A stretch of 2,877 nucleotides of DNA from Escherichia coli. GTDB taxonomy: Bacteria > Pseudomonadota > Gammaproteobacteria > Enterobacterales > Enterobacteriaceae. Within the stretch, counting starts at the first letter, position 1. Each line of letters opens with the position of its first letter. Shown in pieces: positions 1 through 2,877 of this stretch. The position numbers were made by a program, and so were the translations under genes. The notes under the pieces were generated by a model, which was not told where the DNA came from, did no database searches, and worked only from the letters and a program-made list of their open reading frames with translations. The DNA is taken from assembly GCF_003334785.1 (NCBI RefSeq), contig NZ_QOWV01000054.1; one strand, given 5' to 3'.

Positions 1-1
1 G

Positions 2-391
2 TGGCTTGCGCAGTGCGGGCTGACGGTGGAGCAACTGGCCAGACAGGTGGAGCCGGAATACACACCGGCGCGAAAAGTTCATTTTTACCACTGCGACCAC
101 CGGGGCCTGCCGCTGGCGCTCATCAGCGAAGACGGCAATACGGCGTGGCGCGGGGAGTATGATGAATGGGGCAACCAGCTTAATGAGGAGAACCCGCATC
201 ACCTGCACCAGCCGTACCGTCTGCCAGGGCAGCAGCATGATGAGGAGTCGGGGCTGTACTATAACCGTCACCGGCACTACGATCCGTTGCAGGGGCGGTA
301 TATCACCCCGGACCCGATTGGGTTGAGAGGTGGATGGAATATGTATCAGTATCCGTTGAATCCCATACAAGTGATAGACCCAATGGGGTTA
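2..391 (+). other. Conserved Rhs core terminus (last YD repeat through DPxGL motif)
   Basis: GC-rich by eye. The translation ...[79 protein letters not shown] matches the conserved enterobacterial Rhs core end as I recall it. Confidence 0.85.
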
Positions 392-841
392 GATGCGATT
401 GAGAATATGACATCAGGTGGACTAATTTATGCCGTATCTGGTGTACCTGGATTGATTGCTGCAAACAGCATTACTAACAGTGCTTACCAGTTCGGTTATG
501 ATATGGATGCTATTGTTGGCGGAGCTCATAATGGGGCCGCCGATGCAATGAGACATTGTTACTTGATGTGTCGAATGACTAAGACATTTGGATCAACAAT
601 AGCTGACGTGATAGGTAAAAATCATGAGGCGGCAGGGGATAGACAAGGTCAGCCAGCTAAAGAAAGAATCATGGATCTTAAAAATAACACTGTCGGTATT
701 GCTTGTGGCGATTTTTCTGCCAAATGTAGCGATGCATGTATTGAAAAATATAACACTGGGCAACTCTTCGGGTTAGATGGTATAAAAGCAGATAATCCAA
801 TAAAAGCAAAGCAAGGGAGTTCAGATGCTTCAAATTATTAG
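2..841 (+). CDS. rhs: Rhs-family polymorphic toxin, 3' portion (5' end lies outside the window): end of conserved RHS/YD-repeat core followed by variable C-terminal toxin domain
   Basis: The reading frame is open from nt 2 (WLAQCGLTV...), so the GTG at 26 in the ORF track is not a real start. The translation contains the last YD repeat [16 protein letters not shown] (nt 278-325) and the core-terminating DPxGL motif as DPMGL (nt 377-391). Stop codon TAG at 839-841. Nucleotide composition drops from GC-rich to AT-rich around nt 330-360, the classic Rhs core/tip discontinuity. Confidence 0.9.
   Translation, partial: WLAQCGLTVEQLARQVEPEYTPARKVHFYHCDHRGLPLALISEDGNTAWRGEYDEWGNQLNEENPHHLHQPYRLPGQQHDEESGLYYNRHRHYDPLQGRYITPDPIGLRGGWNMYQYPLNPIQVIDPMGLDAIENMTSGGLIYAVSGVPGLIAANSITNSAYQFGYDMDAIVGGAHNGAADAMRHCYLMCRMTKTFGSTIADVIGKNHEAAGDRQGQPAKERIMDLKNNTVGIACGDFSAKCSDACIEKYNTGQLFGLDGIKADNPIKAKQGSSDASNY
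392..838 (+). other. Variable Rhs C-terminal tip (putative toxin domain, about 149 aa, family unassigned)
   Basis: It lies immediately after DPMGL and is AT-rich, unlike the core. The sequence is [30 protein letters not shown]...[18 protein letters not shown]...KNHEAAG...[14 protein letters not shown]...; it has a His/Cys-rich segment and none of the nuclease, ADP-ribosyltransferase or HExxH motifs I can recognise by eye. Confidence 0.75.
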
Positions 842-844
842 AGG
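840..844 (+). promoter_or_regulatory. Shine-Dalgarno-like AGAGG for the downstream ORF, overlapping the toxin stop codon
   Basis: AGAGG at 840-844 sits 5 nt upstream of TTG at 850. The arrangement suggests translational coupling of the toxin and the downstream gene. Confidence 0.4.
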
Positions 845-849
845 CAAAC

Positions 850-1308
850 TTGTCATTTTTTTTAATTACCCTTTGTTTATTTGTTGTTTACCTTGGGTTT
901 GATAACAATTCAAATTCTGACATCGTATTTTATGGACATAAAACACCAAAGAGCGTTGAGATATATCTTTCTGAAAAAAATATTATTTATAAAATAATTA
1001 ATGACCAAAAAATTAGTAGAGGGAATGGTCATTTTATAAGTATAATGGTTAATAATTACAGGACGCACTGTGGAGTGGTTGATATAAATCTTAATTTTTT
1101 CAATGATATTCTTTATAGCGTGCGATTAAAAAACATTAGTAAACTGGAGAATATGGAGTTCTGCGCTACAAAACAACGGGTGTATTTTAGTGATAAAAAC
1201 AAGAAGGCTAGTTATAAAATAATTAATTATGGAGACTATTATGATGTTGATTATTATGATAACAATTTGAAAAATGAAGTTTTTGACTGGATTGGTAAAT
1301 GGTCATAA
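850..1308 (+). CDS. Hypothetical protein, candidate cognate immunity protein for the Rhs C-terminal toxin (152 aa if the TTG start is used)
   Basis: ORF 850-1308 lies directly downstream of the toxin tip on the same strand with an 8-nt gap. It is AT-rich like the tip. TTG at 850 is the first possible start in this frame after an upstream stop at 793-795; the first in-frame ATG is at 1045. The assignment is by position only; I recognise no domain in it. Confidence 0.55.
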   Translation: MSFFLITLCLFVVYLGFDNNSNSDIVFYGHKTPKSVEIYLSEKNIIYKIINDQKISRGNGHFISIMVNNYRTHCGVVDINLNFFNDILYSVRLKNISKLENMEFCATKQRVYFSDKNKKASYKIINYGDYYDVDYYDNNLKNEVFDWIGKWS

Positions 1309-1478
1309 TGAACAACACCAGAAAGAGAAAAATATAAAATACATACAGAAAGACATGAGAGCAAGGGACGGGGCAGGGCAAGATCATGAAAATTGTGATG
1401 TAAATCACGATTTTCATCTTTGCTTTAACGCCTACAGGTGATCAAAATTTAACCTTTGGAATAACTAAAAAGATAAAA

Positions 1479-1483
1479 AAGGA
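1479..1483 (+). promoter_or_regulatory. Shine-Dalgarno-like AAGGA upstream of the GTG start of the transposase pseudogene
   Basis: AAGGA at 1479-1483 with a 6-nt spacer to GTG at 1490. Confidence 0.35.
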
Positions 1484-1489
1484 CGCCAG

Positions 1490-2634
1490 GTGAGTATTCA
1501 AAGTTTGCTTGATTATATTTCAGTGACCCCTGATATACGACAACAAGGAAAGGTTAAACATAAATTATCTGCTATTTTGTTTCTCACCGTATGTGCAGTA
1601 ATTGCAGGTGCCGATGAGTGGCAGGAAATTGAAGATTTTGGACATGAAAGACTTGAATGGCTAAAGAAATATGGTGATTTTGATAATGGCATTCCGGTCG
1701 ATGACACCATTGCACGCGTTGTGAGTAACATTGACAGTTTGGCCTTTGAAAAGATGTTTATTGAATGGATGCAGGAGTGCCATGAAATCACTGATGGTGA
1801 AATTATAGCAATAGATGGAAAGACCATAAGAGGCTCCTTTGATAAGGGAAAAAGAAAAGGAGCAATCCATATGGTGAGTGCATTCTCGAACGAAAATGGT
1901 GTTGTACTGGGGCAGGTGAAAACGGAAGCCAAAAGTAATGAGATTACAGCCATTCCAGAGTTGCTTAACCTACTGTATTTAAAGAAAAATTTGATAACCA
2001 TTGATGCTATGGGCTGTCAGAAAGATATCGCTTCGAAGATCAAAGATAAAAAAGCAGATTATCTTCTGGCAGTAAAAGGCAATCAGGGGAAATTACATCA
2101 TGCATTCGAGGAAAAATTTCCTGTAAATGTGTTTTCTAATTATAAAGGCGATTCGTTTAGTACGCAGGAGATAAGTCATGGAAGAAAAGAAACACGTTTG
2201 CATATTGTCAGTAACGTAACGCCTGAACTTTTGTGATTTTGAATTCGAATGGAAGGGATTAAAAAAGCTTTGTGTAGCATTGTCATTCAGGCAGAAGAAA
2301 GAAGATAAATCAGCAGAAGGTGTAAGCATCCGATATTATATTTCATCAAAGGATATGGATGCTAAAGAATTTGCACATGCTATCAGAGCGCACTGGCTGA
2401 TCGAGCACAGTCTTCATTGGGTGTTAGATGTAAAAATGAATGAAGATGCCAGCCGGATAAGAAGAGGAAACGCAGCCTAAATAATATCTGGAATAAAGAA
2501 GATGGCACTGAATTTATTAAGAGATTGCAAAGACATTAAGGGTGAAGAGGAAAAGAAAGAAGGCTGCGTTAAACACAGGGAAAGATCATCAGAAGTTCAC
2601 TTTTTGTACTAAACAATTCGCATTTTATGTTTAA
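1490..2634 (+). pseudogene. ISAs1-family (Rhs-associated H-rpt-like) transposase, disrupted by two frameshifts and one in-frame stop
   Basis: Frame 2 (1490-2236) gives MSIQSLLDYISVTPDIRQQGKVKHKLSAILFLTVCAVIAGADEWQEIEDFGHE...AIDGKTIRGSFDKGKRKGAIH...NEITAIPELL...DAMGCQKDIA...YLLAVKGNQ...[19 protein letters not shown], then stop. Homology continues in frame 0 from about 2235 ([20 protein letters not shown]...YYISS...[29 protein letters not shown]), then an in-frame TAA at 2478-2480, then IISGIKKMALNLLRDCKDIKG, then a shift to frame 1 near 2540 (VKRKRKKAALNTG...) ending at TAA 2632-2634. Total span is about 381 codons against about 378 aa for intact family members as I recall. Confidence 0.85.
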
Positions 2635-2707
2635 AAATTGAGATATTCCTTATTACCTAAAGCTGTTTTTTATTGCTTACACATGATCAAATACTCCTTA
2701 CATAATT

Positions 2708-2713
2708 AAGGAG
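2708..2713 (+). promoter_or_regulatory. Shine-Dalgarno AAGGAG for the second transposase gene
   Basis: AAGGAG at 2708-2713 with a 6-nt spacer to ATG at 2720. Confidence 0.5.
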
Positions 2714-2719
2714 AACAAA

Positions 2720-2877
2720 ATGGAACTTAAAAAATTGATGGGACATATTTCTATTATCCCCGATTACAGACAAGCCTGGAAAATGGAACATAAGTTATCG
2801 GATATTCTACTGTTGACTATTTGTGCCGTTATTTCTGGTGCAGAAGGCTGGGAAGATATAGAGGATTTTGGGGAAAC
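2720..2877 (+). CDS. ISAs1-family transposase (H-repeat-associated protein, YhhI/YdcC-like), N-terminal 52 codons; 3' end lies outside the window
   Basis: ATG at 2720 with a strong RBS. The translation [52 protein letters not shown] closely matches the N-terminus of E. coli H-rpt proteins as I recall them. It is paralogous to, but clearly diverged from, the N-terminus of the pseudogene at 1490. Confidence 0.85.

Larger units (their letters stand above)
1420..2665 (+). mobile_element. Degenerate ISAs1-family (H-rpt-like) insertion sequence, copy 1; boundaries approximate
   Basis: It contains the transposase pseudogene. The left boundary is guessed from a short motif shared with the upstream region of copy 2 (TTGCTT...TGATCAAA at about 1420-1447 and about 2673-2690). 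I could not identify terminal inverted repeats or target-site duplications with confidence. Confidence 0.45.
2670..2877 (+). mobile_element. Second ISAs1-family (H-rpt) element, copy 2, left portion; boundary approximate
   Basis: It contains the start of an apparently intact transposase gene. Its upstream region shares TTGCTT...TGATCAAA with the region upstream of copy 1, which suggests homologous left ends in tandem orientation. Confidence 0.45.

Noticed and set aside
26-28. GTG at 26 as the start codon of the first ORF, as given in the ORF track
   Set aside because: The same frame is open back to nt 2 with no stop, and the translation upstream is continuous conserved Rhs core. The gene starts outside the window.
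527-739. Naming the toxin tip a nucleotide deaminase on the basis of H-E followed by spaced cysteines
   Set aside because: The motif spacing (C-x6-C-x3-C, no PCxxC) and context do not match canonical deaminases. It is kept as speculation in the findings, not as a call.
825-905. Small ORF starting at ATG 825 in a third frame, overlapping the toxin stop and the immunity start
   Set aside because: It is very short and AT-rich, and its apparent RBS is the GGGAG inside toxin codons. More likely chance than a real overlapping gene.
1223-1417. Minus-strand ORF of 64 aa overlapping the 3' end of the immunity candidate
   Set aside because: It is an AT-rich, Phe/Ile/Leu-rich translation typical of a chance ORF in AT-rich DNA, and it overlaps a better-supported + strand gene.
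1513-2001. Minus-strand ORF of 162 aa, and the nested minus-strand ORF 1661-1870
   Set aside because: Both lie entirely antisense to the transposase coding region, which has clear family-level homology on the + strand. The translations are low-complexity and Ser/Phe-rich, typical of shadow ORFs.
2093-2329. Minus-strand ORF of 78 aa
   Set aside because: It is antisense to the transposase pseudogene and has no RBS or recognisable features. Likely spurious.
2280-2480. ORF 2280-2480 as an independent 66-aa gene
   Set aside because: Its translation is the conserved C-terminal region of ISAs1-family transposases, and homology continues upstream of its TTG in the same frame ([15 protein letters not shown]...). 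It is a fragment of the pseudogene, not a separate gene.
1420-2665. Terminal inverted repeats of copy 1 (candidate GCTTTA near 1422 versus TAAAGC near 2657)
   Set aside because: The match is only 6 nt, which is expected by chance in AT-rich DNA. I cannot define IS ends without reference sequences.
1-2877. CRISPR arrays, tRNA or rRNA genes, extended tandem repeats
   Set aside because: I see no regularly spaced direct repeats, cloverleaf-capable segments or rRNA-like conserved stretches in the window.

Overview
All supported features are on the + strand and together look like the 3' tail of an Rhs polymorphic-toxin element. (1) nt 2-841 is the 3' part of an Rhs-family gene whose frame is open to the window edge: a GC-rich conserved core ending in the last YD repeat ([16 protein letters not shown], nt 278-325) and the DPxGL hallmark (DPMGL, nt 377-391), then an AT-rich variable C-terminal tip of about 149 aa that I cannot assign to a named toxin family. 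(2) nt 850-1308 is a small AT-rich ORF with a TTG start 8 nt after the toxin stop, in the position expected for the cognate immunity gene. (3) nt 1490-2634 is an ISAs1-family (Rhs-associated H-rpt-like) transposase that is nearly full length but broken by two frameshifts and one in-frame stop, so a pseudogene. (4) nt 2720 to the window end is the intact N-terminus of a second, different ISAs1-family transposase with a strong RBS. The most interesting item is the toxin tip plus immunity candidate; the rest is standard Rhs-associated IS debris. No rRNA, tRNA or CRISPR array was seen. All homology statements are from reading the translations and from memory of these families, not from a database search.
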